A DNA stretch of 64,000 nucleotides, taken from the NCBI GenBank assembly GCA_963555755.3, contig OY820905.2, positions 3,680,001 through 3,744,000 on the forward strand. The letters are read 5' to 3'. Positions 10,300 to 20,853 of this stretch are shown here, in pieces. The translations under genes and the position numbers were made by a program. A model generated the notes under the pieces. That model made no database searches, was not told where the DNA came from, and saw only the letters and a list, made by a program, of their open reading frames with translations. This DNA is from Nitrospirales bacterium (GTDB lineage Bacteria > Nitrospirota > Nitrospiria > Nitrospirales > UBA8639). Numbering within the stretch: position 1 is the first letter of the stretch; the number at the start of each line of letters is the position of its first letter.

Positions 10300-11273
10300 G
10301 AAGCCACATTCTTGGGACAGGTTCCTATGTTCCGAAACAGGTGCTGACGAATGTTGACCTTGAACAACTGGTGGATACGTCAGATGCGTGGATTGTCGAG
10401 CGAACCGGAATCCGGGAGCGCCGAAGAGCTGCTCCAGGAGAAGCCTGCTCTGATTTGGGAGTCCAAGCCGCTCAGCAAGCGTTAAGTGCTGCACACATTC
10501 AGGCTGCCGACCTTGATCTCATCATCGTTGCCACGTGTACAGGGGATTCTCCCCTTCCCTCCACTGCATCCCTTATTCAATATCGACTTGGTGCGGCACG
10601 TGCCGCGGCTTTCGATATTTCTGCGGCCTGTTGCGGGTTTGTCTATGCCTTGTCGGTGGCCGATGCCTTCGTGCGATCCGGGCAATATCGTTATGTCTTG
10701 GTCATCGGCGCTGAAGTGATGACTTCTATTACCGACTGGACAGACCGAAACACCTGTGTGATTTTTGGCGATGGGGCGGGCGCAGCAGTGGTGGGGCCGA
10801 CTGAGGAAGACCGGGGGCTGTTATCGATCCACTTGCATGCCGATGGCCGGCTCTCTGATCTCATTTGCGTTCCGGGAGGAGGTTCGTCCGTTCCGGCTTC
10901 GGAATCCATGCTGGCCGAGCGATTGCAATTTGTCAAAATGCGTGGAAATGAAACCTTTAAAATCGCCGTTAAAACCATGGAGGCGGCGGTTCGTGAGGCC
11001 ATGGCTGCCCAGGATTTGACCGTGGCCGATATTGATTTTCTGGTTCCCCATCAGGCGAATATTCGTATCCTCAAAGCCGTTGGTGAACGGCTGGGCTTGT
11101 CGATGGACCAGGTCATTATTAATTTGGATCGTGTTGGCAATACCTCTGCAGCCTCAATTCCCCTTGCGTTAGATGAAGCGGTCAGGGCTGGACAAATTCA
11201 ACCGGGAAGTTTAATAGTTCTTGCGGCCTTCGGGGCAGGGCTCACATGGGCCTCCGGAGTCATTCGTTGGTAA
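10296..11273 (+). CDS. fabH: 3-oxoacyl-ACP synthase III
   Basis: DTSDAWIVERTGI, AACCGF, PHQAN, GNTSAAS. Confidence 0.97.
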   Translation: MRSHILGTGSYVPKQVLTNVDLEQLVDTSDAWIVERTGIRERRRAAPGEACSDLGVQAAQQALSAAHIQAADLDLIIVATCTGDSPLPSTASLIQYRLGAARAAAFDISAACCGFVYALSVADAFVRSGQYRYVLVIGAEVMTSITDWTDRNTCVIFGDGAGAAVVGPTEEDRGLLSIHLHADGRLSDLICVPGGGSSVPASESMLAERLQFVKMRGNETFKIAVKTMEAAVREAMAAQDLTVADIDFLVPHQANIRILKAVGERLGLSMDQVIINLDRVGNTSAASIPLALDEAVRAGQIQPGSLIVLAAFGAGLTWASGVIRW

Positions 11274-11347
11274 AGGCCTGAATCAAAAATATCAATAATC
11301 GGTGACCTGCGATAGAAAAAAATTGTGAAGCAACCTGAGTGACTAGT

Positions 11348-11561
11348 GGGCATGTTGAATATTTCAAGCCCATGGCCTCGAGATGTTAAAAATACGGTAA
11401 ACAGTGTCAGTTGGAGGGAATGTTCAAAAAAGCATGCCCTGAGTCTTTCCGAAGGGTCCGTCTAGCAAGGCCGCAGCCATTTTGACGCGCGGAGCGTACT
11501 CATAGTACGTGAGCACGGCAAAATGGCGAGAACGCCGCTGGCGGCTTTTTTCAACATTCCC
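11348..11561. mobile_element. MITE family C (214 bp)
   Basis: Core near-identical to 62869-63082; outer IR GGGCATGTTGAA, inner IR GGGAATGTTCAAAAA. Confidence 0.85.
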
Positions 11562-11579
11562 TAGGGAGAAAGGGAAACG

Positions 11580-12389
11580 ATGGCAAATGATCGACCACTA
11601 GAAGGTGAATGGGCCCTAATCTTGGGAGTCTCGAGCGGATTTGGCGAGGCCGTGGCCTTAGAATTAACGGCCCTGGGAATGAATATTTTTGGCGTGCATT
11701 TAGATAGAAAATCCACGCTTCCGAATTCGGAACGGATTGCCCGAGACATTAAAGCACTTGGGCGTGAAGCCGTTTTTTGGAATGTGAATGCTGCCGATGC
11801 GGAAAAACGAAAAGAGGTGATTGAAGGAATACAGGCAAAGTTAAAAGAGGGAAAGGTCAAGACCATCCGTGTTCTCCTTCATTCCCTAGCGTTTGGTACC
11901 CTGAAGCCATTTATTACCAAATCAATTGCCGACATGGTGAACAAAGCTCAGGTAGACATGACGCTGGATGTCATGGCGAATAGTTTGGTGTATTGGACGC
12001 AAGATCTCGTCGCAGCCGACCTTCTAGGCCAGGGTGGTCGAATTTTTGCCATGACGAGTGCGGGAGGAGCCCGTGTCTGGAGGACCTATGGAGCGGTATC
12101 TGCAGCCAAAGCGGCGTTAGAATCCCATATTCGGCAACTGACACTTGAACTGGCTCCTCTAGGTATTACAGCCAATGCGATTATGGCTGGAGTCACCGAT
12201 ACCCCGGCATTGCGGAAAATTCCAGGTTCCGATCAAATGTTGACTTGGGCAAAGCGAAAAAATCCCTCTGGACGATTGACTTTGCCAAAGGATGTTGCCG
12301 AAGCCATTGGACTACTCAGCCATCCAAAAGCCCAGTGGATTACCGGCAATGTGTTGTGTGTGGATGGTGGAGAATTTATCGTCGATTAA
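11580..12389 (+). CDS. fabL: Enoyl-ACP reductase, FabL/FabI-type SDR
   Basis: GxSSGFG, Y-x6-K motif YGAVSAAK; within the fab operon. Confidence 0.75.
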   Translation: MANDRPLEGEWALILGVSSGFGEAVALELTALGMNIFGVHLDRKSTLPNSERIARDIKALGREAVFWNVNAADAEKRKEVIEGIQAKLKEGKVKTIRVLLHSLAFGTLKPFITKSIADMVNKAQVDMTLDVMANSLVYWTQDLVAADLLGQGGRIFAMTSAGGARVWRTYGAVSAAKAALESHIRQLTLELAPLGITANAIMAGVTDTPALRKIPGSDQMLTWAKRKNPSGRLTLPKDVAEAIGLLSHPKAQWITGNVLCVDGGEFIVD

Positions 12390-12510
12390 CAGGTGCTCAC
12401 AAAGCTTGCCAGCGGCGTTCTCGGCCTGTTGCCGTGCTCACGTACAAGAGTACGCTCCGCGCGTCAACAGGCCTGCGGCCTTGCTGGACAAGCATTGTGA
12501 GCACCTGTTA
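12387..12510. mobile_element. MITE family E
   Basis: TIR TAACAGGTGCTCACAA; cargo homologous to family C. Confidence 0.8.
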
Positions 12511-12585
12511 GCAAAGAGGACGATTTTCTGGTTATGAAAATTTTCCCGTTGACATTGGCGACAATTTCACTCATATCTAAACCCC

Positions 12586-13527
12586 ATGTCTGAGAAGATT
12601 GGTTTCCTATTTCCTGGTCAGGGGTCACAATCCCTTGGGATGGGACAAGCACTGGTAGAGAGTCGTCCAGATCTTCGGAAGTTGTATGAGGATGCGAGTA
12701 CGATTCTGGGATATGACTTAGCGGCCCTGTGTTTTGAAGGGCCGGCCGAGCAACTGAATAAAACGGAATTCACGCAACCCGCATTGCTGGTGACCAGTGT
12801 CGTGGCTTTGCGAGCATTGGGGTCTGGACTCGAGCCTGTTGCCGTGGCTGGACATAGTTTGGGGGAGTATTCCGCAATTGTCGCGGCGGGGGGACTTGGG
12901 TTTCAGGAAGCGGTCCAGCTGGTTCAAAAACGAGCAAAATTTATGGCGGAAGCGGTTCCTCCAGGTAGCGGACTCGTTGCTGCGGTTCTAGGATTAGCCC
13001 CAGAAGTGGTCCAAGAGGCTTGTCAGGAAGCGCAATCTGAAGGTGTCGTTTCGGCGGCAAACTTTAATGCCCCTGGGCAGGTTGTCATAGCGGGAGAGAA
13101 AGGTGCGGTAGAGCGGGCGATCGAATTAGTGAAGGCCAAAGGGTGTCGGCGGGTCATGCCCTTACCCGTGAGTGTGCCGGTCCATACCGCTCTGATGAAA
13201 CCAGCCGCCGATCGTTTGCTTCCTTTTGTTGAGACGGCGTCTCTATCTGACTTACACGTACCGTTGATCAACAATGCCGATGCGAAGCCTTTAACCACGG
13301 TGGCTGAAATTCGAGAATCCCTGATTCGCCAATTACCTTCGTCCGTTCTCTGGGAACAATCGATTCGGATCATGGGTAAGATGGGCGTCACGACTTTCGT
13401 GGAGATTGGCCCTGGAACTGTATTAACCGGTTTGGTTAAACGTATTTTGCCTGAGGCTACATTGTGCCATGTCCACAATCCAGAATCGCTTGAGGCTACG
13501 TTGTCGACACTTGGAAAAGCCGCGTAG
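12586..13527 (+). CDS. fabD: Malonyl-CoA-ACP transacylase
   Basis: FPGQGSQ, GHSLGEY. Confidence 0.97.
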   Translation: MSEKIGFLFPGQGSQSLGMGQALVESRPDLRKLYEDASTILGYDLAALCFEGPAEQLNKTEFTQPALLVTSVVALRALGSGLEPVAVAGHSLGEYSAIVAAGGLGFQEAVQLVQKRAKFMAEAVPPGSGLVAAVLGLAPEVVQEACQEAQSEGVVSAANFNAPGQVVIAGEKGAVERAIELVKAKGCRRVMPLPVSVPVHTALMKPAADRLLPFVETASLSDLHVPLINNADAKPLTTVAEIRESLIRQLPSSVLWEQSIRIMGKMGVTTFVEIGPGTVLTGLVKRILPEATLCHVHNPESLEATLSTLGKAA

Positions 13528-13551
13528 GATCATTTATTGATGTGAACAACT

Positions 13552-14295
13552 ATGGTGCTTGAAGGAAAAAAAGCGGTGGTGACTGGAGCGGCCCAAGGTA
13601 TAGGGCAAGCAATTGCCGAATCTTTAGCCCAAGCAGGAGCTGATGTGGTGGTGGCAGATCTTGATGTCACACGTTGTCAGGATACTGTCGATCGGGTCAA
13701 GAAGCATAAACGGAAAGCCTTGGCGGTCTCGACTAATGTCGCGCAATGGGATGAGGTGAAGGCCATGGTTGATCAAGTGGTCAAGGATTGGGGCCGTATT
13801 GATATTTTCGTCAACAATGCCGGCATCACTCGTGATGGGCTCGTGGTCCGCATGAAAGAAGAGGATTGGAATGCCGTCATTCAAGTCAATTTGACTGGGA
13901 CGTTTTATTGCACCAAGGCGACCTTAGGGCCAATGTCCAAGCAGCGGTATGGCCGGATTATTAATATGGCTTCCGTCGTCGGAGTCATGGGGAATGCGGG
14001 ACAGGCCAATTACGCTGCGTCGAAAGCCGCGGTGATTGGGTTGACCAAGACGATTGCCCGTGAGTATGCGAGTCGGAATATTACGGTGAATGCGGTGGCT
14101 CCTGGATTTATCAACACGGCGATGACTCAAGGGTTGGGTGAGGATGTGAGAGAGATGCTTTCGAAACAAATTCCGCTTGGACGCTTGGGCGAGCCAGGTG
14201 ATATTGCGGAAGCCGTGCGATTTCTGGCATCAGATGCAGCCAGTTACATCACGGGCCAGGTGTTGCATGTGAATGGTGGGATGCATATGGCGTGA
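13552..14295 (+). CDS. fabG: 3-oxoacyl-ACP reductase
   Basis: NNAGITRD, NYAASKA, VAPGFI. Confidence 0.97.
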   Translation: MVLEGKKAVVTGAAQGIGQAIAESLAQAGADVVVADLDVTRCQDTVDRVKKHKRKALAVSTNVAQWDEVKAMVDQVVKDWGRIDIFVNNAGITRDGLVVRMKEEDWNAVIQVNLTGTFYCTKATLGPMSKQRYGRIINMASVVGVMGNAGQANYAASKAAVIGLTKTIAREYASRNITVNAVAPGFINTAMTQGLGEDVREMLSKQIPLGRLGEPGDIAEAVRFLASDAASYITGQVLHVNGGMHMA

Positions 14296-14407
14296 GCCGT
14301 AATGCGTGATGTGTGATGCGAAAAACATCAAGACGCGTTCACGCTTTACGCGTTACGGCTCATGCATCACGGATTACGGATCTACAAAATAGGAGGTGGT
14401 AACTTCG

Positions 14408-14638
14408 ATGGCCGTTGAAGAGAAGATTAAAAAAATCATTGCAGAGCAGTTGGGCGTGGAAGAGGATGAAGTCGTGCCTGAAGCCTCATTCGTCGAGGAT
14501 CTGGGCGCGGATTCCTTAGACACGGTAGAGCTCGTCATGGCGCTTGAGGAAGAATTTGATGTCGAAATTCCGGATGAAGATGCGGAAAAGCTTCAAAAAG
14601 TCTCTCAAGCCGTTGAATATATCAAAGAAAAAACCTGA
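14408..14638 (+). CDS. acpP: Acyl carrier protein
   Basis: [20 protein letters not shown]. Confidence 0.98.
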   Translation: MAVEEKIKKIIAEQLGVEEDEVVPEASFVEDLGADSLDTVELVMALEEEFDVEIPDEDAEKLQKVSQAVEYIKEKT

Positions 14639-14655
14639 TCTCGCGGGGTTGAGTG

Positions 14656-15933
14656 ATGGTTGAGTCAAACCGACGCCGAGTGGTGATCACGGGTTTGGGC
14701 GTGGTGACGCCATTAGGGATTGGTGTGGAAAAAACCTGGCAAGCCTTAATTGCCGGGGAATCCGGGATCGCGACGATTACACGGTTTGATGCCTCCGAGT
14801 ATGTCTGCCAAATTGCTGGTGAAGTGAAAGACTTTAATCCTGGCGACTACATCGACAAAAAAGAAATCAAAAAAATGGATAGGTTCATCCACTTTGCTGT
14901 GGCGGCCAGCCAGGAGGCTGTGGATGATGCCGGATTAAAAATTACTCCTGACAATGCGGATCGTGTGGGCGTGTACATCGGTGCCGGAATGGGTGGACTC
15001 CCGGCCATCGAGCATTATCACGATGTGCTGAAGGAAAAGGGGCCTGGCCGAGTATCACCATTTTTTATCCCGATGGTCATCATCAATCTGGCTTCGGGGC
15101 AAGTCGCTATTCGGTTTGGCGCACGAGGACCAAATTCTTGCGCGGTGACGGCATGTGCAACGGGCAATCATTGTCTTGGCGATGCCCTTCGGATTATTCA
15201 ACGCGGCGAGGCGGATGTCATGTTGGCCGGGGGAGCGGAATCCGTAATCAGTCCGTTAGCAGTGGCTGGGTTTGCTGCAGCCAAGGCGTTGTCACGTCGA
15301 AACGATAATCCCGAAGGTGCGAGTCGGCCGTTCGATCGAGATCGCGACGGGTTTGTCATTGGTGAGGGAGCGGGTGTCGTGGTATTAGAAGAGCTGGAAC
15401 ATGCTCAGCGGCGGGGGGTTCGGATTTATGGTGAATTGGCCGGATATGCCATGACCAGTGATGCATTTCATATCACGGCTCCGCCGGATGAGGGGGCGGG
15501 TGCGGTCATGTGCATGGAAAAGGCCATTCACGATGCCGGGGTAGACAAGTCGGACATCGGGTATGTTAATGCCCATGCGACATCCACCTTTGCGGATAAA
15601 ATTGAAACCACGGTGATTAAAACAGTATTTGGTCAGCAAGCCTATCAGCTTCCTGTTAGTTCCACGAAGTCGATGACGGGGCATCTTCTGGGTGCGGCTG
15701 GAGGGATTGAATCGGTCTTTACGACATTGGCCTTGTACCATGGATTGCTTCCGCCGACCATTAATTTGGAAAATGCGGATCCTGATTGTGATTTGGATTA
15801 TGTTGTTGGACGGGCTCGTTCTACGCCAATCAATGTTGCGATCTCCAACGCCTTCGGTTTTGGAGGTGTCAATGCCTGCCTGGTGATGAAAAAACTTCAA
15901 ACCAGCCATCCCAATTATAGTGATTCCAAATAA
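14656..15933 (+). CDS. fabF: 3-oxoacyl-ACP synthase II
   Basis: TACATG, NAHAT, KSMTGHLLGAAG, FGFGG. Confidence 0.97.
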   Translation: MVESNRRRVVITGLGVVTPLGIGVEKTWQALIAGESGIATITRFDASEYVCQIAGEVKDFNPGDYIDKKEIKKMDRFIHFAVAASQEAVDDAGLKITPDNADRVGVYIGAGMGGLPAIEHYHDVLKEKGPGRVSPFFIPMVIINLASGQVAIRFGARGPNSCAVTACATGNHCLGDALRIIQRGEADVMLAGGAESVISPLAVAGFAAAKALSRRNDNPEGASRPFDRDRDGFVIGEGAGVVVLEELEHAQRRGVRIYGELAGYAMTSDAFHITAPPDEGAGAVMCMEKAIHDAGVDKSDIGYVNAHATSTFADKIETTVIKTVFGQQAYQLPVSSTKSMTGHLLGAAGGIESVFTTLALYHGLLPPTINLENADPDCDLDYVVGRARSTPINVAISNAFGFGGVNACLVMKKLQTSHPNYSDSK

Positions 15934-16188
15934 GTTCCATGCACTAAACTCGAAATCAGAATATCGAAATCCGAAACAAACCATAAATCCTAAATTCGAA
16001 ATCTTCCATTTGGTTATTTTAATGTGTTTCGCATTTGGAAATTCGAGATTCGGATTTTCGCCATCAGCAGAGAGAACGGAAGTTAATTGAAATAACTATA
16101 GTTTCAACGCCAATATGTGCCTGATGTTTCCCGCTCCGTTTCATACTTGCCTGGATCATCATTATTAACTTTTAGGTTTTTCCCAATT

Positions 16189-16920
16189 ATGTCCGTCCTT
16201 GAAGAAGCTCAAAAGACCATTCAGTATGTATTTACCCACCCGACGTTATTGGAAGAAGCCCTGACCCACAAATCCCATCTTCAGGGAAAGCAAGGCGAGT
16301 CCCTGAAGGATAACGAACGGCTCGAATTTTTGGGGGATGCGGTTCTGGGCTTGATCATCAGTGAATATTTGGCCAGAACCTATCCAGATGTGACCGAAGG
16401 CGATCTTTCGCAGACGCGGGCACAGTTGGTCTGTCAATCGTCACTGGCGCAAGCTTCGCGTCGGCTGGAACTTGGGTTTTTGTTGCGTTTGGGAAGAGGT
16501 GAGGAACTGACGCGTGGGAGGGAAAAAAGCTCACTCCTGGCTAACACCCTCGAGGCAGTCATTGCGGCCATCTTTTTGGATGGAGGGCTGGCCCCTGCTC
16601 GGGTCTTTGTCCTGAAGGCGTTGGAGGACAACCTAATGGCCTTAGATCAATCAAACCTCTTGGCCAACCGGCAGGATTATAAGAGTCAGCTTCAAGAATG
16701 GTGTCAGCAACAACGTTCCACTATTCCGGAATATCATCTAGTGAGTGAGTCGGGTCCTGATCATGAAAAAGTCTTTGAAGTTGAAGTGAGTATTCAGGGT
16801 GCGATACAAGGGCGAGGCGTTGGGTGTAATAAGAAATCGGCCGAGCAAGAGGCTGCAAAACATGCCTATTCACGGGTTGGCGATGATGATTCTGAAGAGA
16901 TGGCCTCTCCCATGGTATAA
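16189..16920 (+). CDS. rnc: Ribonuclease III
   Basis: NERLEFLGDAVL, dsRBD DYKSQLQE. Confidence 0.97.
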   Translation: MSVLEEAQKTIQYVFTHPTLLEEALTHKSHLQGKQGESLKDNERLEFLGDAVLGLIISEYLARTYPDVTEGDLSQTRAQLVCQSSLAQASRRLELGFLLRLGRGEELTRGREKSSLLANTLEAVIAAIFLDGGLAPARVFVLKALEDNLMALDQSNLLANRQDYKSQLQEWCQQQRSTIPEYHLVSESGPDHEKVFEVEVSIQGAIQGRGVGCNKKSAEQEAAKHAYSRVGDDDSEEMASPMV

Positions 16921-16925
16921 TACAA

Positions 16926-17237
16926 CTTAGAAATTGCAGTTGGATTACAAAAGTCCGCGTGCACCTGGCAAAATAAAAAACTGTCTTATCACCACTAAGG
17001 GTTCGCGCAACAATAACTTCCCCTGTTTGGGTGCTGAGACACCTGTCTGGCAAGGCGCGAGGACTGCGCATACTCCTCGTATGGAAAGGACGAGCAACGC
17101 CGTCAGACGGGATGGATCGACGCCCAAACAGGGGAAGTTATTGTTGCGCGAGCCCTTAGGTGACCACGACTTTTTGTATTTCCTCATGCACACCAATATC
17201 TTATACGTCTGTTTTGCGCCCAACTACCGTTTCTAGG
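16926..17237. mobile_element. MITE family G containing a family A copy
   Basis: C(C/T)TAGAA...TTCTAGG ends; homologous to the empty G at 41953. Confidence 0.8.
16999..17155. mobile_element. MITE family A
   Basis: 157 bp, TIRs, TAA/TTA flanks. Confidence 0.9.
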
Positions 17238-17304
17238 TTAAAAAATTTGAAAGGTGATCAGAAAATCAAAAGGTGGACACAGGTAAACAGGTAAGGAGGT
17301 TTCA

Positions 17305-17907
17305 ATGAGGAAGTACCGATTTGTGATTCTATCGATGCTGGTATTAAGCGTTTTCATTTATAGTGGAAATGGCCAAGTATGGGCGAAGGATCCCCAGATC
17401 GTTCTCGCAGCGGATGGGGCGGGGAAGGCTCCCCGTGCAGTGTTGAAAACCAAGTTTGGAGAGATGGAAATCGTGTTCTTTCCCGAGTTGGCCCCGAAAC
17501 ATGTGGAAAGTTTTTTGACGTTGGCGAAAAAGGGATATTTTAATGGCACAATTTTTCATCGGGTGATTCCGGGTTTTATGATTCAAGGCGGTGATCCGAA
17601 TACCAAAGATCCCACAAAAAAGAATGCCTATGGAACGGGAGGCCCCGGATATACCGTGCCCGCGGAATTCAATAAAATTCCACATGAAAAGGGAATTTTG
17701 TCTGCGGCCCGAACGGCTGATCCCAATAGCGCGGGCTCACAATTTTTCATCATGGTGGCCAGATCCAAGAGTTTAGATGGGCAGTACACGGTTTTTGGAG
17801 AGGTGGTCAAAGGGATCGAAGTCGCGGATAAGATCGTCGGTCAGCCTCGGGATCGACGGGATATGCCGTTGGAGCGGATTGAAATGACCATTGAGGTGAT
17901 GGAGTAG
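17305..17907 (+). CDS. Exported cyclophilin-type peptidyl-prolyl isomerase
   Basis: Signal peptide; FHRVIPGFMIQGGDP, GSQFFI, LDGQYTVFG. Confidence 0.95.
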   Translation: MRKYRFVILSMLVLSVFIYSGNGQVWAKDPQIVLAADGAGKAPRAVLKTKFGEMEIVFFPELAPKHVESFLTLAKKGYFNGTIFHRVIPGFMIQGGDPNTKDPTKKNAYGTGGPGYTVPAEFNKIPHEKGILSAARTADPNSAGSQFFIMVARSKSLDGQYTVFGEVVKGIEVADKIVGQPRDRRDMPLERIEMTIEVME

Positions 17908-17983
17908 AAAGAGAAAAAACGTAATCCGTGAAGCGTAATGCGTGATCCGTAGGAGGGAGTTTTTACGCATTACGCTTTACGTA

Positions 17984-18640
17984 TCACGGCATTGAAGGGT
18001 CTTCCATCTTCGCGCCGCTGGGTATAATGATGCGGTCGTTTGTTTCGCTTAACTGTTTGAGCTGTTCGGCGACATCCGGATGATGACTCTTGAGAAATCC
18101 GGTCAGGCCATCCAAAAAGCGAGTGGAACGGAGGCCGGTGCCGGAAAACTCGGTAATAAAAATCAATCCTCGATCTAATACCTCTCCGGCCATGTCGGTG
18201 TCGATTTTTTCGCCTTCCATAAAGGCTTTGTATTCTTTTTTTAAGGTTTCCGTAAATGCTGGGGCCATGCCTTCGGGAACGTGGATCGGGCTAAACGAAC
18301 GCCGCAAACCCTGAATCGCGGCGATCACTTCGCCATCTTGTCCATCTCGTCGGGAATGGAAATGTTTGAAGGTAACCGCCTCCAGGAAATAAAACACCTC
18401 CGCCGCTTTATCGCCCCATTTCTCCAGTAATTCCCGATACAGCGCGCGACGGCCCTGATCAAATTGATCCCCAACACGTTTTTGTTGATACTCGACATTG
18501 GCATCGAGGTATACGCAATCCGTATGGCAGGCGATGTCGACGACTCGGTGGGTTCCACAGCATTGGCTGCAAATAGACCCGCTGAGGGCCGGGCAAGGCC
18601 GTTTCCCTTTTCGGGCATGGCAGTAGATGCATTGACTCAT
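17984..18640 (-). CDS. Hypothetical protein with a Cys-rich N-terminal metal-binding region
   Basis: CxxC, CPA, CxxCC, C, C cluster; overlaps the stop of the upstream gene; RBS GGAG. Confidence 0.75.
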   Translation of the reverse strand: MSQCIYCHARKGKRPCPALSGSICSQCCGTHRVVDIACHTDCVYLDANVEYQQKRVGDQFDQGRRALYRELLEKWGDKAAEVFYFLEAVTFKHFHSRRDGQDGEVIAAIQGLRRSFSPIHVPEGMAPAFTETLKKEYKAFMEGEKIDTDMAGEVLDRGLIFITEFSGTGLRSTRFLDGLTGFLKSHHPDVAEQLKQLSETNDRIIIPSGAKMEDPSMP

Positions 18641-19665
18641 TGTTTGCGGGTGTCTCCTCCCATCATCCCTAGCCCATAATCCGAAAGCGTTCGTTGTTTC
18701 TTTTTCCCCTTATTTTTGGCGTTGGCTGGTCGCTCTAACCCATTCATCTCCGCCCCTTTGGCGTAGAGATAGGGAACGAGAATCATATGCTTGGCTCGAT
18801 CAATCTTCACAGTGGATGGAGATATGAGAAACTCAGCAATCACCCGCATTTTTTTATTCGGCTGAACCCGCCAAATTTTTCCTGCGGTCAAGTCCGAGAG
18901 GTACATGTTGCCGTATTGGTCGAAGTCCACCCCACTTAAATTCCGAAATCTACCGGTAAAAAAAGAATTGGAAATGATTTCGTTGATCGAACGGTTTTGA
19001 TCAATTTCGAGTACGGTTCCTTTCTCAAGGCTGACTACGACGAGTCGCCCGGATTTTGGATGAACGGCTAATCCGCGAGGCGAGGCCAAGTCGTCATTGT
19101 GCAAATAGAGCGAAACGATATGGTCCTGAGTGGTATCGATCTGATAAATGGCATTGCCTTCCGTGTCCAACACAAACAGTTGCCCGCTGCCGTCCGCGAT
19201 AAGGTCGGTGAGTTCCGTGACATGGAATTGGCTGAAAGACAACGTAACGGTCGATTGCCCTGTGTTGATATCGAATCCGCGCACGGAATCGAGGTCGGCG
19301 ACGTAGAGGGTCTTCCCGACAATAGCCATCCCATTTGGAGAATGAAGAAGGGTGCCCCTTGTGCCGCCATGAATGAAATGCAGGTCAATGAGCTCTCCGT
19401 CGGTGTTTAGTTTCGAGATAAACCCATTGTTATCCCGTTTGCCCGGATCGCCATTGGCATTGGCAATGAAGTAGTGTTGCCCTGAGGGAGAAACAATAAA
19501 GCATTGGGGCGTCTTCAAATCGCCAATTGGTTGCCCATTGATGATTGCTGGCCAACCAGACAGGCAGATGAGGAGAACAAGAAAAGAAAGAAGGGGAGGA
19601 ACTGATGGAGAAAAGTGGTATCGTGACACCCTCGCATCGTACGAGACCATTTTTTGCACTGTCAA
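18637..19665 (-). CDS. Exported SMP-30/NHL-type beta-propeller protein
   Basis: DNNGFISKL, SPNGMAI, LYVAD repeats; hydrophobic N-terminus. Confidence 0.8.
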   Translation of the reverse strand: MTVQKMVSYDARVSRYHFSPSVPPLLSFLVLLICLSGWPAIINGQPIGDLKTPQCFIVSPSGQHYFIANANGDPGKRDNNGFISKLNTDGELIDLHFIHGGTRGTLLHSPNGMAIVGKTLYVADLDSVRGFDINTGQSTVTLSFSQFHVTELTDLIADGSGQLFVLDTEGNAIYQIDTTQDHIVSLYLHNDDLASPRGLAVHPKSGRLVVVSLEKGTVLEIDQNRSINEIISNSFFTGRFRNLSGVDFDQYGNMYLSDLTAGKIWRVQPNKKMRVIAEFLISPSTVKIDRAKHMILVPYLYAKGAEMNGLERPANAKNKGKKKQRTLSDYGLGMMGGDTRKQ

Positions 19666-19689
19666 GGAAATGGCCGGGTTCGGCTCTTA

Positions 19690-19848
19690 GGGTCCGTCAC
19701 GAAATAACCCGTACAATTGGGAGGCCCATCTTTGGCCCAGGGCGTCGTTGCTCATCGGTCACATAGTACCTCTATGCTCCCTCGTCGCGCCTTGCCCTGA
19801 TCACTAATTTGGACCTCTCAATGGCACCGGTTATTTCGTGACGGAACT
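19690..19848. mobile_element. MITE family D, short single-arm form
   Basis: TIR GGGTCCGTCACGAAATAACC, TTA flanks. Confidence 0.85.
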
Positions 19849-19986
19849 TTACATTGACTTGAATTTCTCACCCTTGTTATCGTCGCTCCTTGCGGGTTGC
19901 TCGTCGCTAGTATTTGGGGATATTTCATACCCTCTTTTTTCCGAGCAACTAGCGACCAGCAACAAGTAACAAGTAAGGAGGTTCCT

Positions 19987-20853
19987 GTGCCCGCTCAGTT
20001 GATTGATGGAAAAGCGCTAGCCCAAGACATTCGTCAGTGTATTGCTCAGGATATCGAGGCGTTAGTGGGGCAGACTGGAGTTCGTCCCGGCCTCGCAGTG
20101 GTGCTGGTGGGTGAGGATCCGGCCTCGGCAGTCTATGTTCGGAATAAAAAGAAAGCGTGTGATACGGCGGGATTGTATGTGGATGACCACACCCTTCCCG
20201 CTACGACAACGCAAGAAGAACTGCTTAAGCTGATTGATCAATTGAATGCCGATCCAAAGATTCATGGTATTTTGGTCCAGCTTCCGCTTCCCTCTCAAAT
20301 CGATAGCCAAACAGTGTTGAACGCCGTGTCGCCGGATAAGGATGCCGATGGGTTTCACCCCTATAACATTGGCAGGTTGGTGGCGGGTGACCCGTTGTTT
20401 GTACCGTGTACCCCTAAGGGCGTGATTCGGATGATCGAATCCACCGGACAAACCCTTGAGGGGAAACGAGCGGTAGTGTTGGGGCGCAGCAACATCGTCG
20501 GAAAGCCAGTCGCGATTTTATTGATGCACCGTCATGCCACGGTGACAATCTGTCATTCGCGAACACAAGATTTGCCAGGGATGTGTCGGGAAGCGGATAT
20601 TCTCGTGGCGGCTATTGGAAAAGCGCAATTTGTCAAAGCTGATATGGTGAAGCCCGGGGCCGTGGTGATTGATGTGGGTATCAATCGGTTGGGTGATGGC
20701 CGGTTAGTCGGCGATGTGGATTTTGAACCCGTCAAGGAACGGGCCGGCTGGCTTTCACCGGTTCCGGGCGGGGTGGGGCCCATGACGATTGCCATGTTGC
20801 TGGCCAACACGTTGGAAGCCGCCAGACGTGTTGTAAGGCCTGTGATAAAATAA
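19987..20853 (+). CDS. folD: Methylene-THF dehydrogenase/cyclohydrolase
   Basis: [30 protein letters not shown] after AAGGAGG. Confidence 0.97.
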   Translation: MPAQLIDGKALAQDIRQCIAQDIEALVGQTGVRPGLAVVLVGEDPASAVYVRNKKKACDTAGLYVDDHTLPATTTQEELLKLIDQLNADPKIHGILVQLPLPSQIDSQTVLNAVSPDKDADGFHPYNIGRLVAGDPLFVPCTPKGVIRMIESTGQTLEGKRAVVLGRSNIVGKPVAILLMHRHATVTICHSRTQDLPGMCREADILVAAIGKAQFVKADMVKPGAVVIDVGINRLGDGRLVGDVDFEPVKERAGWLSPVPGGVGPMTIAMLLANTLEAARRVVRPVIK

